Source: an uncultured Acidobacteriota bacterium
Lineage (GTDB): Bacteria; Acidobacteriota; Vicinamibacteria; Vicinamibacterales; CAVVIG01
Direction: 5' to 3'
NCBI GenBank assembly: GCA_963792785.1
Contig: CAWBXO010000001.1
Location: forward strand, 531,336-595,335
DNA: 64,000 bases
Below, piece after piece: positions 29,806 through 40,609 of the stretch (the first letter of the stretch is position 1; the number at the start of each line of letters is the position of its first letter). Made by a program: the position numbers and the translations under genes. Under the pieces are notes generated by a model, which saw only the letters and a list, made by a program, of their open reading frames with translations, was not told the DNA's origin and made no database searches.

Positions 29806-31009
29806 ATGCTGCGATTTCTGACCGCTGGCGAGTCGCACGGCAGGGCGCTCGTCACGATTCTCGAAGGCGTCCCGGCCGGCCTCGTCATCGACTTCGACGC
29901 GGTGACGCGCGATCTGCGCCGGCGCCAGGGCGGCTACGGGCGCGGGCGCCGTCAGGCCATCGAGTGCGATCGCGCCGAGGCGATCTCGGGCATCCGCCAC
30001 GGCCGGACCACCGGCGGACCGATCGCGCTCGAGATCCCGAACAAGGACTGGGAGAACTGGCAGCGGACAATGTACGTCGAGACGGAGATGCCGGACGCGG
30101 CCTCCGGATCCGACCGCCCGCTGGTCACGCGGCCGCGGCCCGGGCACGCCGACCTCGCCGGCGCGGTGAAGTACGGCCAGGACGACATCCGCAACATCCT
30201 CGAACGTGCCAGCGCGCGTGAAACCGCCGCGCGCGTCGCCGTCGGCGCCATCGCGCGGCAGCTCCTCGGCGCCGTCGGCACGGAAATCGGCAGCCACGTG
30301 ATTTCGATCGGCAGCGTGTCGATCGAGCACCCGCTCGCGATCACCTTCGACACCGTCCGGGCGCTCGATCCCGACAGCCCCCTCCACTGCGCCGACGAGG
30401 CCGTCGAGCGGCAGATGGTCGCCGCGATCGATCGCGCGCGAGAGGCCGGCGACACGCTCGGCGGCAGCTTCGAGGTGATCGCCCACCGGCGTGCCCGTCG
30501 GCCTCGGCAGCCACGTGCAATGGGATCGCAAACTGGACGGCCGCCTCGGTCAGGCCCTGATGTCCATCCCGGCGATCAAGGCCGTCGGCATCGGGGCCGG
30601 CCCCCGCGTCGCCGAGCTCCCGGGCTCCCAGGTCCACGACGAAATCGTCCTGTCGGAAGGCGGCGTCCTGCCGGGCCTCGGCCGGCCGACCAACAACGCG
30701 GGCGGCCTCGAGGGCGGCATCACCAACGGCGAGGATCTCCGCGTCACCGCGTACATGAAACCCATCGCCACGCTGATGAAGCCGCTGCGCTCCGTCGACC
30801 TTTCGACGATGACCAGCAGCCCGGCCACGATCGAGCGCAGCGACGTCTGCGCCGTGACGGCGGCGTCCGTCGTCGGCGAAGCCATGGTCGCGATCGTGCT
30901 CGCGATGGCCCTGGTGGAAAAGTTCGGCGGGGACACGGTCGAGGAGCTCGTCGCCAACTGGCACGCCTTTCAGGCCCGGACTGCCGGCCGGCTCGCGAAG
31001 AGCCGGTGA
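29806..31009 (+). CDS. aroC: Chorismate synthase, apparent +1 frameshift near 30487
   Basis: TAGESHG, RPRPGHAD, ERASARETA; after removing one C: AHGVPVGLGSHVQWDRKLD, NNAGGLEGGITNG, MKPIATL, ERSDVC. Confidence 0.93.
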
Positions 31010-31031
31010 ATCCGCCGCGCGCGCGGCTCGC

Positions 31032-31541
31032 ATGCTGAGACCGATCCTCAAGTACGGCGCCCAAGCGCTTCACGGACCCGCCAAGCCCGTGGAGGCCCTG
31101 ACACCCGAGATCGACGCCCTGATCGGGGACATGATCGAGACCATGTATGCCGCGCCGGGCGTGGGACTGGCGGCGCCGCAGGTCGGCGTGCCCCTCCGCA
31201 TCTTCGTCGTCGACATCTCCGTGGGCCGCGACGCCGGCGGCCTCATCGTCATGGTCAACCCCGAGTTCGTCTCGCAGGACGGGACGCAGCTCGAGGAGGA
31301 AGGCTGCCTGAGCGTGCCCGGATTCGAGGCGACGGTGCTCCGACCTGCGCGGGTCGTCGTGCGCGGGATGGGCCGCGACGGCTCGATGCACGAGCAGACG
31401 GGCACGGGCCTGCTCGCCCGCGCGTTCCAGCACGAGATGGACCATCTCGACGGACGGCTCTTCGTCGACCGGCTCCGCGGCATCAAGCGCGACCTCATCG
31501 TGCGCAAAATCAAGAAACTCACCCGCGCGGGGAAATGGTGA
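31032..31541 (+). CDS. def: Peptide deformylase
   Basis: GVGLAAPQVG, EGCLS, QHEMDHLDG. Confidence 0.97.
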   Translation: MLRPILKYGAQALHGPAKPVEALTPEIDALIGDMIETMYAAPGVGLAAPQVGVPLRIFVVDISVGRDAGGLIVMVNPEFVSQDGTQLEEEGCLSVPGFEATVLRPARVVVRGMGRDGSMHEQTGTGLLARAFQHEMDHLDGRLFVDRLRGIKRDLIVRKIKKLTRAGKW

Positions 31542-32491
31542 GCGGGCGCGCGCTCCGTATCGCGTTCTTCGGAACGCCTGAATTCGCCGTGCCGACGCTC
31601 GATCTGCTGCGGGCCTCCCGGCATCAGGTGGTCGGCGTCGTCACGCAGCCCGACCGCCCGCGCGGCCGCGGCCAGAAGACGTCCGCGGCTCCGGTGAAGG
31701 CGGCGGCCATCTCGGCGGGCGTGCCGGTGCTCCAGCCGGCGCACCTGAAGGACCCCGCGTTCCTCGCCGCCCTCGCGGCCTGGCGGCCGGATCTCGGCGT
31801 CGTGGCCGCCTACGGGCGCATCCTCACCGACGCCCTCCTGGCCCTGCCGCCGCTCGGCATGGTGAATGTGCACGCGTCGCTGCTGCCGCGGTACCGCGGC
31901 GCCGCGCCCGTCCATCGCGCCGTCATGGCCGGCGAGACGGCCACCGGCGTGACGATCATGCGGGTCGTGCAGGCCCTGGACGCGGGCCCGATGCTGGCCG
32001 CGGCGCCGCGGCCGATTGGCGTCGACGAAACGAGCGCGGATGTCGAGCGCGATCTGGCGCGCCAGGGGGCCGCCCTCCTCGTCGCGACCGTCGACGCCCT
32101 GGCGGACGGCGACGCGCGCGAAACGCCGCAGGACGACGCGGCCGCCACCTACGCCCCGCGCATCACGCGGGAGGACGGCGTCATCGACTGGAGCCGCCCG
32201 GCCACCGACCTGCACAACCAGGTGCGCGGGCTGTACCCCTGGCCGCACGCGTGGTCGTATCTCGACGGCAAGCGCATCATCATCCTCCGGTCGCGCCCGA
32301 TCGACGGGGTGCCGCCGGCGCCGCCGGGCACGATCCTCGACGCGGGCGGCGATTCGCTGGTCGTCACGGCCGGCCGCGGCGGGCTCGCCCTCCTGACGCT
32401 CCAGCCCGAGGGCCGCCGGGCGATGCCGCCCCGCGACTTTCTCGCCGGGCACACGCTGCCGCAGGGCGCCGCCTTCACGGCCGCGCCATGA
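31535..32491 (+). CDS. fmt: Methionyl-tRNA formyltransferase
   Basis: FFGTPEFA, VTQPDRPRGRG, NVHASLLPRYRGAAP, LDAGP. Confidence 0.96.
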   Translation: MVSGRALRIAFFGTPEFAVPTLDLLRASRHQVVGVVTQPDRPRGRGQKTSAAPVKAAAISAGVPVLQPAHLKDPAFLAALAAWRPDLGVVAAYGRILTDALLALPPLGMVNVHASLLPRYRGAAPVHRAVMAGETATGVTIMRVVQALDAGPMLAAAPRPIGVDETSADVERDLARQGAALLVATVDALADGDARETPQDDAAATYAPRITREDGVIDWSRPATDLHNQVRGLYPWPHAWSYLDGKRIIILRSRPIDGVPPAPPGTILDAGGDSLVVTAGRGGLALLTLQPEGRRAMPPRDFLAGHTLPQGAAFTAAP

Positions 32492-33852
32492 TCGCGCCGG
32501 CGCGCGTCGCGGCCTACAACGCCCTGCGGGCGATCGCGTCGGAACGCGCGGATCTCCCGTCCGCGCTCGCGCGGTCGCGTGAGCGTCTCGTGGACCCGCG
32601 GGACCGCGCCCTGGCCGCGGAGATCGCGATCGGCGTGGAACGCTGGCGTGCCACGCTCGATCACGTCGTCGGCGTGATGGCGGCGCGGCCTCTCGCGCGC
32701 CTGGATCCCGAAGTCCTCGACATCCTGCGTCTCAGCGCCTACCAGCTCCTCCACCTCACGCGCGTCCCCGCGTCGGCCGTCGTGGACGATGCCGTCGAGC
32801 TGACGCGGCGCGCCGGCAAGCGCAGCGCCGCGGGCCTCGTGAACGCGGTGCTGCGGCGGATCTCGCGACAGCGCCGGTCGCTGCCGCTGCCGGCGCGGCC
32901 CGACGGCCCCGAAGATCGCGAGGCCGTGCTTCGCTATTTCACGATCGCGCTGTCGCATCCCCGCTGGCTCGCCGAACGGTGGCTCGACCGGCTCGGCTTC
33001 GAACGGGCCGAAGCCTGGCTCCGCTTCGACAACGCACCCGCGCCCGTCACGCTGCGGCCGTATCCGTTCCGCACCGACCGCGCCACCCTCGTCGCCGCGC
33101 TCGAGGCCGAGGGCGTTCACGTGCATCCGGGACGCTACGCGCCCGACGCCCTGATCGTCGACGAGGGCGTCCCCCTCGCGTCGGCGGGGCTCGCCGAGCT
33201 GTTCGCGGTCCAGGACGAGGCCTCGCAGCTCGTCGCCCTCGCGGCCGGCACGCCGCCGGGACGCCGTGTCCTCGACGCCTGCGCCTCTCCCGGCGGCAAG
33301 GCCGCGGCGCTCGCCGCCGCCATGGACGGCACGGGGCTCCTCGTGGCCACCGACGTCCGCGATCGGCGTGTCGCGCTGCTGGCCGACACGGTCCGCGCCA
33401 GCGGCGCGCCCAACGTCCGCGTGCTGCAGGCCGACCTGCTGTCGCCGCTGCCCTTCGGGCCCGTCTTCGACTGCGTGCTCGTGGACGCGCCCTGCTCGGG
33501 CCTCGGCACGCTGCGGCGCGATCCGGACATCCGCTGGCGGCGGACCGCGGACGACCTGCCGGCGCTGGCGGCCGCGCAGCGGACGATGATTGCGAATGCC
33601 GCCGCCGTCGTGGCGCCCGGCGGCCGGCTCGTCTACGCCACCTGCTCGAGCGAGCCCGAGGAAAACGACGACGTGGTCGACGCGTTTCTCGGCGGCACGC
33701 CCGCCTTCCGCGCGCTCGATCTCCGGAGCGCGTCGGCGCTGCCGGCCGACGTCCTCGACGAACGCGGCCGCCTGCGGACCGCGCCCGATCGTCACGGCCT
33801 CGAGGCCTTCTTCGCGGCGGCGCTCGAGCGCGTCCAGCGCCCGCAGTTGTAG
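32488..33852 (+). CDS. rsmB: 16S rRNA m5C967 methyltransferase
   Basis: NusB-like N-terminus; QDEASQL, LDACASPGGK, DAPCSGLG, VYATCS. Confidence 0.93.
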   Translation: MIAPARVAAYNALRAIASERADLPSALARSRERLVDPRDRALAAEIAIGVERWRATLDHVVGVMAARPLARLDPEVLDILRLSAYQLLHLTRVPASAVVDDAVELTRRAGKRSAAGLVNAVLRRISRQRRSLPLPARPDGPEDREAVLRYFTIALSHPRWLAERWLDRLGFERAEAWLRFDNAPAPVTLRPYPFRTDRATLVAALEAEGVHVHPGRYAPDALIVDEGVPLASAGLAELFAVQDEASQLVALAAGTPPGRRVLDACASPGGKAAALAAAMDGTGLLVATDVRDRRVALLADTVRASGAPNVRVLQADLLSPLPFGPVFDCVLVDAPCSGLGTLRRDPDIRWRRTADDLPALAAAQRTMIANAAAVVAPGGRLVYATCSSEPEENDDVVDAFLGGTPAFRALDLRSASALPADVLDERGRLRTAPDRHGLEAFFAAALERVQRPQL

Positions 33853-33867
33853 TACGATTTGACGCGC

Positions 33868-34590
33868 ATGGCCCTTCGAACCCGCGTGTGGAGCGCGGGC
33901 AAGCTTCTGATCCTCGCCGGCGCCCTCATGGCCACGTACCTCGTCTTCGCCGGCGTGGCGATGCGCCTCGCCCTGCGCGCCCGCGAGGTGCAGGTCCCCG
34001 ACCTCGTCAATCGCACGGCAGCCGAAGCGACGTCGATGGCCGAGGCCGTCGGCCTCGCCGCGCAGGTCGACGAGACCGCGCGCCCCGATCCGCATATCGC
34101 CGCGGGCCGCGTGGTCGCGCAGACGCCGGAGCCCGGGTCCGTGACGCGCCGGGCGCGCCAGGTGCGCCTCTGGTTGAGCGCCGGATCCAGCGCCGCGACG
34201 GTGCCCGCGCTCGCCGGGGAAAGCCAGCGCACCGCCGAGCTGCAGCTCGCCCAGGCCGGCTTGCTCGTCTCGGCGATCTCGGAGATTCGATCCACGTCGT
34301 ACCCGCCCGATGCGGTCGTCGCCCAGGACCCGCCGCCCCACGCGGCGGCCGCCGGTGTGGCGCTGCTCGTGAATCGCGGCGAGCTCAGCACGACGTACGT
34401 GATGCCGGATCTGATCGGCGTGAACGGCGAGCGCGCGGCCGACGTGCTGCGCAATCGCGGCTTTCGCGTCGCCGTCGTGGGCTCGACGCCGTATCCCGGC
34501 GTGGATGCCGGCGTCGTGATCCGCCAGAATCCGCAGGCCGGGTTCCAGATCGGGCCCGGCGAGCCGATTGCCCTCGAGGTGAGCCGGTGA
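33868..34590 (+). CDS. PASTA-domain membrane protein
   Basis: N-terminal TM then three VPDL/VPAL/MPDL...V..Q.P..G repeats. Confidence 0.85.
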   Translation: MALRTRVWSAGKLLILAGALMATYLVFAGVAMRLALRAREVQVPDLVNRTAAEATSMAEAVGLAAQVDETARPDPHIAAGRVVAQTPEPGSVTRRARQVRLWLSAGSSAATVPALAGESQRTAELQLAQAGLLVSAISEIRSTSYPPDAVVAQDPPPHAAAAGVALLVNRGELSTTYVMPDLIGVNGERAADVLRNRGFRVAVVGSTPYPGVDAGVVIRQNPQAGFQIGPGEPIALEVSR

Positions 34591-35270
34591 GCGTGCTGCT
34601 TGCGCCGTCGATTCTCTCGGCCGACTTCGCCGCGCTCGGCGACGCCATCGCGGCGGCCGAGCGCGGCGGCGCCGACCTGATTCACGTCGACGTGATGGAC
34701 GGCCACTTCGTGCCGAACATCACGATCGGCCCGCCGGTCGTGCGCTCGATCCGCAAGGTGGCCCACGTGCCGCTCGACGTGCACTTGATGATTCAGGATC
34801 CGGATCGCTACATCGAGGCGTTCGCCGAGGCGGGGGCCGCGATGATCTCGGTCCACGTCGAGGTGCTGCCGCACCTCCACCGCACCCTCCAGGCGATCAA
34901 GGCGCTCGGCGTGAAGGCGGGCGCCGTGCTCAACCCGTCGACGCCCGTAGTGATGCTCGAAGAGGTCGCCGCCGACGTCGACTTCGTGCTCGTGATGTCC
35001 GTCAACCCGGGCTTCGGCGGCCAGACGTTCATCCCGCGCAGCGAGACGAAGGTCCGCGAGGTGCGCGCGCTGCTCGACCGCGCCGGCAACCCCGGCGCCG
35101 TGGAGATCGACGGCGGGATCGATCGCCAGACCGTCTCGCGCGTGGTCGCCGCCGGCGCGCGCATCCTCGTCGCGGGCTCGGCCGTCTTCCACAGCCCCGA
35201 CCCCGAGCGCGCCGTGCGCGAGCTCAAGGCCGCGGCCATCGCCGCGCTGCCCTCCCCGGCCGCCCGGTGA
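34587..35270 (+). CDS. rpe: Ribulose-phosphate 3-epimerase
   Basis: APSILSADF, HVDVMDGHFVPN, DVHLMI, MSVNPGFGGQ, EIDGG. Confidence 0.97.
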   Translation: MSVLLAPSILSADFAALGDAIAAAERGGADLIHVDVMDGHFVPNITIGPPVVRSIRKVAHVPLDVHLMIQDPDRYIEAFAEAGAAMISVHVEVLPHLHRTLQAIKALGVKAGAVLNPSTPVVMLEEVAADVDFVLVMSVNPGFGGQTFIPRSETKVREVRALLDRAGNPGAVEIDGGIDRQTVSRVVAAGARILVAGSAVFHSPDPERAVRELKAAAIAALPSPAAR

Positions 35271-35686
35271 CCGACACCATCAGCGGCTCCCGCGTCCGGG
35301 TGCGCTACGCCGAGACCGACAAAATGGGCGTGGTCTATCACTCGAACTACTTCGTCTGGTTCGAGGTGGCGCGTACCGACCTGCTGCGCCGCGCCGGCTG
35401 GAGCTATAAGGAGATGGAAGCCGACGGGTTCGCGCTGCCCGTCATCGAGGCGCGCTGCGAGTACCGCCAGCCCGCGCGCTACGACGACGAACTCGATGTC
35501 CAGGCGACCGGACACCTGCTCTCCGCCGTCCGCGTCCGCTTCGACTACGTCATCGTGCGTCCCGCCGACGCGCTGACGATCGCCGCCGGGCACACGGTGC
35601 ACGCCGCGCTCGACCGCTCCGGGCGGCCGTGCCGGCTCCCGGCGCGCGTCCAGGCGGCGCTCGGGCGCGTGGAGGAACCGTCGTGA
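35267..35686 (+). CDS. Acyl-CoA thioesterase (YbgC/FadM hot-dog family)
   Basis: VRYAETDKMGVVYHSNYFVWFEVAR. Confidence 0.9.
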   Translation: MTDTISGSRVRVRYAETDKMGVVYHSNYFVWFEVARTDLLRRAGWSYKEMEADGFALPVIEARCEYRQPARYDDELDVQATGHLLSAVRVRFDYVIVRPADALTIAAGHTVHAALDRSGRPCRLPARVQAALGRVEEPS

Positions 35687-36630
35687 AGGCCCTCGTGACC
35701 GGCGCGGCCGGCTTCATCGGTTCCACGCTGGCCGAGCACCTCGTCGCGCGCGGCGCCGACGTGGTCGGCCTCGACTGTTTCACGGACTACTATCCGCGGG
35801 CCGCCAAGGAGCGCAACCTGGCGGCGCTGCGCGCAATGGCGGGCTTCCGCTTCGTCGAAGCCCGGATCCAGGACGCCGACCTGCCGGGCCTCCTGCGCGA
35901 CCGGACCCACGTCTTCCACCTGGCGGCGCAGGCCGGGGTCCGCAAGAGCTGGGGACGCGATTTCGACGTCTATACCGTGAACAACGTGGAAGCCACCCAG
36001 ATCCTGCTCGAAGCCGCCGCGCCGCTGGGGCTCGAGCGGTTCGTCTACGCGTCCAGTTCGTCGGTCTACGGCGATCGCGTCGCGATCCCGATGCGGGAAG
36101 ACGCCCTGCCGCAGCCGGTCTCGCCGTACGGCGTGACCAAGCTCGCGGCCGAGCAGCTCTGCTACCTCTACCACGTCAACTACGGCGTCCCGACGGTGTC
36201 GCTGCGGTATTTCACGGTCTACGGCCCGCGCCAGCGGCCGGACATGGCGTTCCACAAGATCCTGCGATCGACGATGCGGGGCGAGTCGTTCCACCTCTTC
36301 GGGGACGGCGGGCAGACACGCGACTTCACGTTTGTCGCCGACGCCGTCGCCGCGACGGCGGCCGCGGGCGACCGGGGCGTTCCGGGGGCCGTGTACAATA
36401 TCGGTGGTGGTTCGCGTGTCTCGATGAACGAGGTCATCGAGCTCATCGGCCGCGTCTCCGGCCGGGCGCCGGCGGTGATCGTCGATCCCGTGCAGAAGGG
36501 CGACATGCGCCACACCTACGCGGACACGACGGCCGCGCGCCGCGACCTCGGCTTTTCACCAGGGACCACGCTCGAGGAGGGCCTGCGCGCCGAGTACGGC
36601 TGGCTGCAGGACGTGCTGACGCGCTCATGA
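35683..36630 (+). CDS. NAD-dependent nucleotide-sugar epimerase/dehydratase
   Basis: TGAAGFIG, HLAAQAGVR, ASSSSVYG, YGVTK, YGPRQRPDMA. Confidence 0.92.
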   Translation: MKALVTGAAGFIGSTLAEHLVARGADVVGLDCFTDYYPRAAKERNLAALRAMAGFRFVEARIQDADLPGLLRDRTHVFHLAAQAGVRKSWGRDFDVYTVNNVEATQILLEAAAPLGLERFVYASSSSVYGDRVAIPMREDALPQPVSPYGVTKLAAEQLCYLYHVNYGVPTVSLRYFTVYGPRQRPDMAFHKILRSTMRGESFHLFGDGGQTRDFTFVADAVAATAAAGDRGVPGAVYNIGGGSRVSMNEVIELIGRVSGRAPAVIVDPVQKGDMRHTYADTTAARRDLGFSPGTTLEEGLRAEYGWLQDVLTRS

Positions 36631-37448
36631 TTCACGCCATTCGCCGACTCCATCCCGCGCTGCCCGCCGCCTGGCTCGCGCTCGTCGCCGCGGCCGCGCT
36701 GACCGCCGGCGGCTGCGCCTCCTCCGGCCGCAGCGGCGTGCCCCCCGGCACGCTCGAGCCCGACCGCTTTCTCTACGAGCGCGGCATGGAGGCCTTGAAC
36801 AACCGCAAATGGCTCACCGCGCGCGAGTACCTCACCGAGGTGTTCGAGACGTACACGCAGAGCCAGTTCCGGCCCGACGCCAAGCTGGGCATCGGCGACA
36901 CGTTCATGGGCGAGGGCAGTCCGGAAGCGCTCGTCACCGCGATCGGCCACTACTCCGAGTTCCTGCAGTTCTATCCGACCCATCCGCGCGCGGACTACGC
37001 GCAGTTTCACCTCGCCCTCGCGCACTTCCGCGAGATGCGCGGCGCGCAGCGCGACCAGACCGAGACGAAGAACGCCATCCAGGAGTTCGAAACGTTCATC
37101 TCGCGCTACCCCAACAGTCCGCTGATGCCCGAGGCGCGCCAGCACCTGCGCGAGGCCAAAGACCGCCTCGACGAGCACGAGTTCGACGTCGGCCTCTTTT
37201 ACTTCCGGGTCCAGTGGTGGGCGGGGGCCATCGAGCGATTCCAGGGCCTGCTGAAGGACGACCCCGACTACACAAGTCGCGACGACGTGTACTACTACCT
37301 GGGCGAATCGCTGCTCAAGGTGAACCGGAAGGCCGAGGCGCTGCCGTACTTCTCGCGCCTCATCGACGAGTTCGAGCAGAGCGATCGCCTCGACGACGCG
37401 CGGAAGCGCGTCGCCGAGCTCCAGGCGTCGGGCGACGTCCCGAAGTGA
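36627..37448 (+). CDS. bamD: Outer membrane protein assembly lipoprotein BamD
   Basis: Lipobox AGGC; TPRs with FLQFYPTHPRADYAQ, RDQTET, YPNS. Confidence 0.88.
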   Translation: MIHAIRRLHPALPAAWLALVAAAALTAGGCASSGRSGVPPGTLEPDRFLYERGMEALNNRKWLTAREYLTEVFETYTQSQFRPDAKLGIGDTFMGEGSPEALVTAIGHYSEFLQFYPTHPRADYAQFHLALAHFREMRGAQRDQTETKNAIQEFETFISRYPNSPLMPEARQHLREAKDRLDEHEFDVGLFYFRVQWWAGAIERFQGLLKDDPDYTSRDDVYYYLGESLLKVNRKAEALPYFSRLIDEFEQSDRLDDARKRVAELQASGDVPK

Positions 37449-38012
37449 CTACTGCGGCCGGGGCCCGATCAGGGTGCTGAAGCGCTTGAAGTAGTCGCCC
37501 GCCGAGATCAGCGCCGTCGCGAGCACCACCCACAGCGCGCCCTGTCCGATGAGCAGCAACAGCCCGCGCTGGTGCTGTCCCAGAATCAACGCCAGGATCG
37601 CCACCACCTGCGCGACCATCTTCAGCTTGCCGAGGCGCGAGGCGGGAACGGCGATGCCGCGCGCGTAGGCCAGGCTCCGCAGCGCGGTCACCGCGAACTC
37701 CCGTCCGATGATCACCGCGACGATCCACGCGGGCGCGAGCTCCATCTGCACGAGGGAGATCAGCGCCGCCGACGTCAGGAGCTTGTCGGCGAGCGGGTCG
37801 ATCACCTGGCCGAGCGGCGTGATCTGATGGCGCCGGCGGGCCAGATACCCGTCCAGCCAGTCCGTGATCGAGGCCAGCCCGAAGATGGCGGCGCCCACCA
37901 GCTCCTTGGGCATCCCGAGGACCTGGCGGCCTTCGAACTTCGTCAGCAGCACGACGACGAGCAGCGGCACGAGGAAAATGCGCGAGACCGTGAGGGAGTT
38001 GGGCAGGTTCAT
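37449..38012 (-). CDS. pgsA: CDP-diacylglycerol--glycerol-3-phosphate 3-phosphatidyltransferase
   Basis: NLPNSLT, TDWLDGYLARR...G..DPLADK, GKLK. Confidence 0.93.
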   Translation of the reverse strand: MNLPNSLTVSRIFLVPLLVVVLLTKFEGRQVLGMPKELVGAAIFGLASITDWLDGYLARRRHQITPLGQVIDPLADKLLTSAALISLVQMELAPAWIVAVIIGREFAVTALRSLAYARGIAVPASRLGKLKMVAQVVAILALILGQHQRGLLLLIGQGALWVVLATALISAGDYFKRFSTLIGPRPQ

Positions 38013-38050
38013 GCGCGGCGCCGGCCACATGATATCATTGGGAGTTTGCA

Positions 38051-39103
38051 ATGAAGGCGATACTCCTCGCGGGCGGCAAAGGCACGCGTCTGCGGCCCCT
38101 CACCATCCACACGCCGAAGCCCATCGTCCCGATCTTCGATCGGCCGTTCCTGCGCTACCAGATCGACCTGCTGCGCACGGTCCCGGAAATCGACGAGGTG
38201 GTGCTCAGCCTCAACTACCAGCCCCGGCGCATCGAGGAGATCTTCGCTGACGGCGCGGGCCTGGGCCTGGCCGTGCGCTACGTCGTCGAACCGGCGCCCC
38301 TCGGGACCGCCGGCGCGGTCCGCTACGCCGGCGAGGCGCTGCACGAGTCCGTCGTGGTCTTCAACGGCGACGTCCTGACCGACCTCGACCTGGGGGCCGT
38401 GATCGCCCTCCACCGGCAGCGCAAGGCGAAGGCGACGATCGTCCTCACACCGGTCGAGAATCCCGCGGCCTACGGCCTCGTCGAGACCGACGCGGCCGGT
38501 AACATCACCCGGTTTCTCGAGAAGCCGGACCCGGCGCAGATCTCCTGCAACACGATCAACGCCGGCATCTACATCCTCGAGCCCGACACGTTCGACCGCA
38601 TCCCGAAGGACACCGCGTGGTCGATCGAGCGGAGTTTCTTTCCGTCGCTCATCGAACGCGGCGAGACCTTCGTGGCGTACGTGGACGGCGGCTACTGGAT
38701 CGACATCGGCACGCCCGAGAAGTACATGCAAGTGCACCGTGACATCATGGACGGGCGGTATCATCGGGCGCGGCCGGCCGCGGCCGACGGCCGGTGGATT
38801 CACGAGTCGGCCCGGATCGACGAGGCCGCCGTCATCGAGGGCCCCGTGTTCGTGGACGAAGGGGTGGTCGTGAAGGCCGGCGCCCGCCTCGGGCCGTACA
38901 GCGTCCTCGGCCGACAGTGCCACATCGAGGAACACGCCGTGATCGACGGCTCCATTATCTGGTCCAATACGCGGGTCGGGCAGGAAGCCGTCGTCCGGCA
39001 GTCGATTCTCGGCCGGCACTGTCACATCGGGCGGAACGCGCTCGTCGAGCACGGCGTCGTGCTCGGTGACAAGTCCCAGGTCACCGATTACAGCCGCCTG
39101 TAG
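38051..39103 (+). CDS. NDP-sugar synthase (mannose-1-phosphate guanylyltransferase-like)
   Basis: LAGGKGTRLRPLT.PKP, EPAPLGTAGA, WIDIGTPE, C-terminal hexapeptide repeats. Confidence 0.9.
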   Translation: MKAILLAGGKGTRLRPLTIHTPKPIVPIFDRPFLRYQIDLLRTVPEIDEVVLSLNYQPRRIEEIFADGAGLGLAVRYVVEPAPLGTAGAVRYAGEALHESVVVFNGDVLTDLDLGAVIALHRQRKAKATIVLTPVENPAAYGLVETDAAGNITRFLEKPDPAQISCNTINAGIYILEPDTFDRIPKDTAWSIERSFFPSLIERGETFVAYVDGGYWIDIGTPEKYMQVHRDIMDGRYHRARPAAADGRWIHESARIDEAAVIEGPVFVDEGVVVKAGARLGPYSVLGRQCHIEEHAVIDGSIIWSNTRVGQEAVVRQSILGRHCHIGRNALVEHGVVLGDKSQVTDYSRL

Positions 39104-39111
39104 GCCCACGC

Positions 39112-40479
39112 ATGACTGACGCGCCGACGCTGGACCCCTCGATCTTCAAGGCCTACGACATCCGCGGCCTCTACCCCGGGGAGGTGAACGAGGCGGCCGC
39201 CCGCGCGGTGGGCGCCGGGTTCATCGCGTATCTCGGCGCCAGGCGGATCGCCGTCGGGCGCGACATGCGCCTCTCCTCCCCCGCCCTCGCCGAGGCCTTC
39301 ATCGACGGCGCCACGTCGGCCGGCGCGGACGTGGTCGACTACGGGATGATCGCGACCGACATGCTCTATTTCGCCGTGGCCACCGACGGGCTCGACGGAG
39401 GCGTGCAGGTGACCGCCTCCCACAATCCGAAGCAGTACAACGGCCTCAAGATGGTCCGGCGGGAAGCGCTGCCCCTGAGCGGCGACGAGGGACTCGGCGA
39501 GATCCGCGACCTGATCGCCTCGGGCCGGCTGCCGCCGCCCGCGGCGGCCCGCGGCCGCGTCGACACGCGCAATGTGCTGGACCCGTACGTCGAGCACGTC
39601 ATGTCGTTCATCGATCCGTCCGTCATCAGGCCCTTCAACGTCGTGCTCGACGCCGGCAGCGGGATGGCGGGCCTCGTGGCGCCCCGGCTCTTCGACCGCC
39701 TGCCCTGCCGCACGACCCGGCTCTGTTTCGACATCGACGGGCGCTTCCCCAACCACGAGGCCAACCCGCTCATCGAGGAAAACCGCCGCGACATCGTCGA
39801 GCAGGTCGTCGCCGAGGGCGCCGACATCGGGATCGCGTGGGACGGCGACGCCGACCGCTGCTTCTTCGTCGACGGCTCGGGCGAATTCATCTCGGGCGAT
39901 TTCATCACGGCCCTCCTGTCGGAGGCCTTCCTGCTGAAGACGCCGGGCGCCACCGTGATCTACGACCTGCGCGCCAGCCATGCGGTGAAGGACACGGCGG
40001 AGGCGCTCGGCGGCGTGGCGCTGATGAACCGGGTGGGACATGCGTTCTTCAAGCGGCGGATGCGCGAGACCAACGCGGTCTTCGGCGGCGAGGTCACGGG
40101 GCATTACTACTTCCGCGAGAACTTCTACGCGGACAACGGCTTCGTCCCGGCGCTGCTGATCCTGGAGCTGATGTCGAAGAAGGGCCTGAGCCTTCGGGAT
40201 CTCATGGCGCCGCTGCGGAACCGCTATTTCATCTCCGGCGAGATCAACACGAAGGTCGCGAGCATGGACGCGGTGCCCGCGAAGCTGGATCTCATCGCCC
40301 GGCGGTACGCCGACGCCTCCCAGTACACGCTGGACGGTCTGTCGATCGAGTACGCCGACTGGCACTTCAACGTGCGGCCGTCGAACACCGAGCCCCTGCT
40401 GCGGCTGAACCTGGAAGCCGCGACGCCGGAGATGATGGCCGCGAAACGCGACGAGATCCTGGCGCTGATTCGGTCGTGA
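39112..40479 (+). CDS. Phosphomannomutase/phosphoglucomutase
   Basis: FKAYDIRG, TASHNP, DGDADR, GEVTGH, VRPSNTEP. Confidence 0.95.
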   Translation: MTDAPTLDPSIFKAYDIRGLYPGEVNEAAARAVGAGFIAYLGARRIAVGRDMRLSSPALAEAFIDGATSAGADVVDYGMIATDMLYFAVATDGLDGGVQVTASHNPKQYNGLKMVRREALPLSGDEGLGEIRDLIASGRLPPPAAARGRVDTRNVLDPYVEHVMSFIDPSVIRPFNVVLDAGSGMAGLVAPRLFDRLPCRTTRLCFDIDGRFPNHEANPLIEENRRDIVEQVVAEGADIGIAWDGDADRCFFVDGSGEFISGDFITALLSEAFLLKTPGATVIYDLRASHAVKDTAEALGGVALMNRVGHAFFKRRMRETNAVFGGEVTGHYYFRENFYADNGFVPALLILELMSKKGLSLRDLMAPLRNRYFISGEINTKVASMDAVPAKLDLIARRYADASQYTLDGLSIEYADWHFNVRPSNTEPLLRLNLEAATPEMMAAKRDEILALIRS

Positions 40480-40504
40480 TAGACTCGCCCGACGGCTCCC
40501 GAAC

Positions 40505-40578
40505 GCGGGCTTAGCATAGTGGTAATGCCCTGGCTTCCCAAGCCAGATAGACGGGTTCGATCCCCGTAGCCCGCTCCA
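40505..40578 (+). tRNA. tRNA-Gly(CCC)
   Basis: Acceptor GCGGGCT/AGCCCGC, anticodon arm CTGGC-TTCCCAA-GCCAG, GGTTCGATCC T-arm, encoded CCA. Confidence 0.95.
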
Positions 40579-40609
40579 TATTTTCTCGCGTCCGGCACCA
40601 GTTGGGAGT

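Noticed and set aside
30480-30495. Programmed ribosomal frameshift in aroC
   Set aside because: No slippery heptamer, and similar isolated +1 insertions occur in three unrelated genes.
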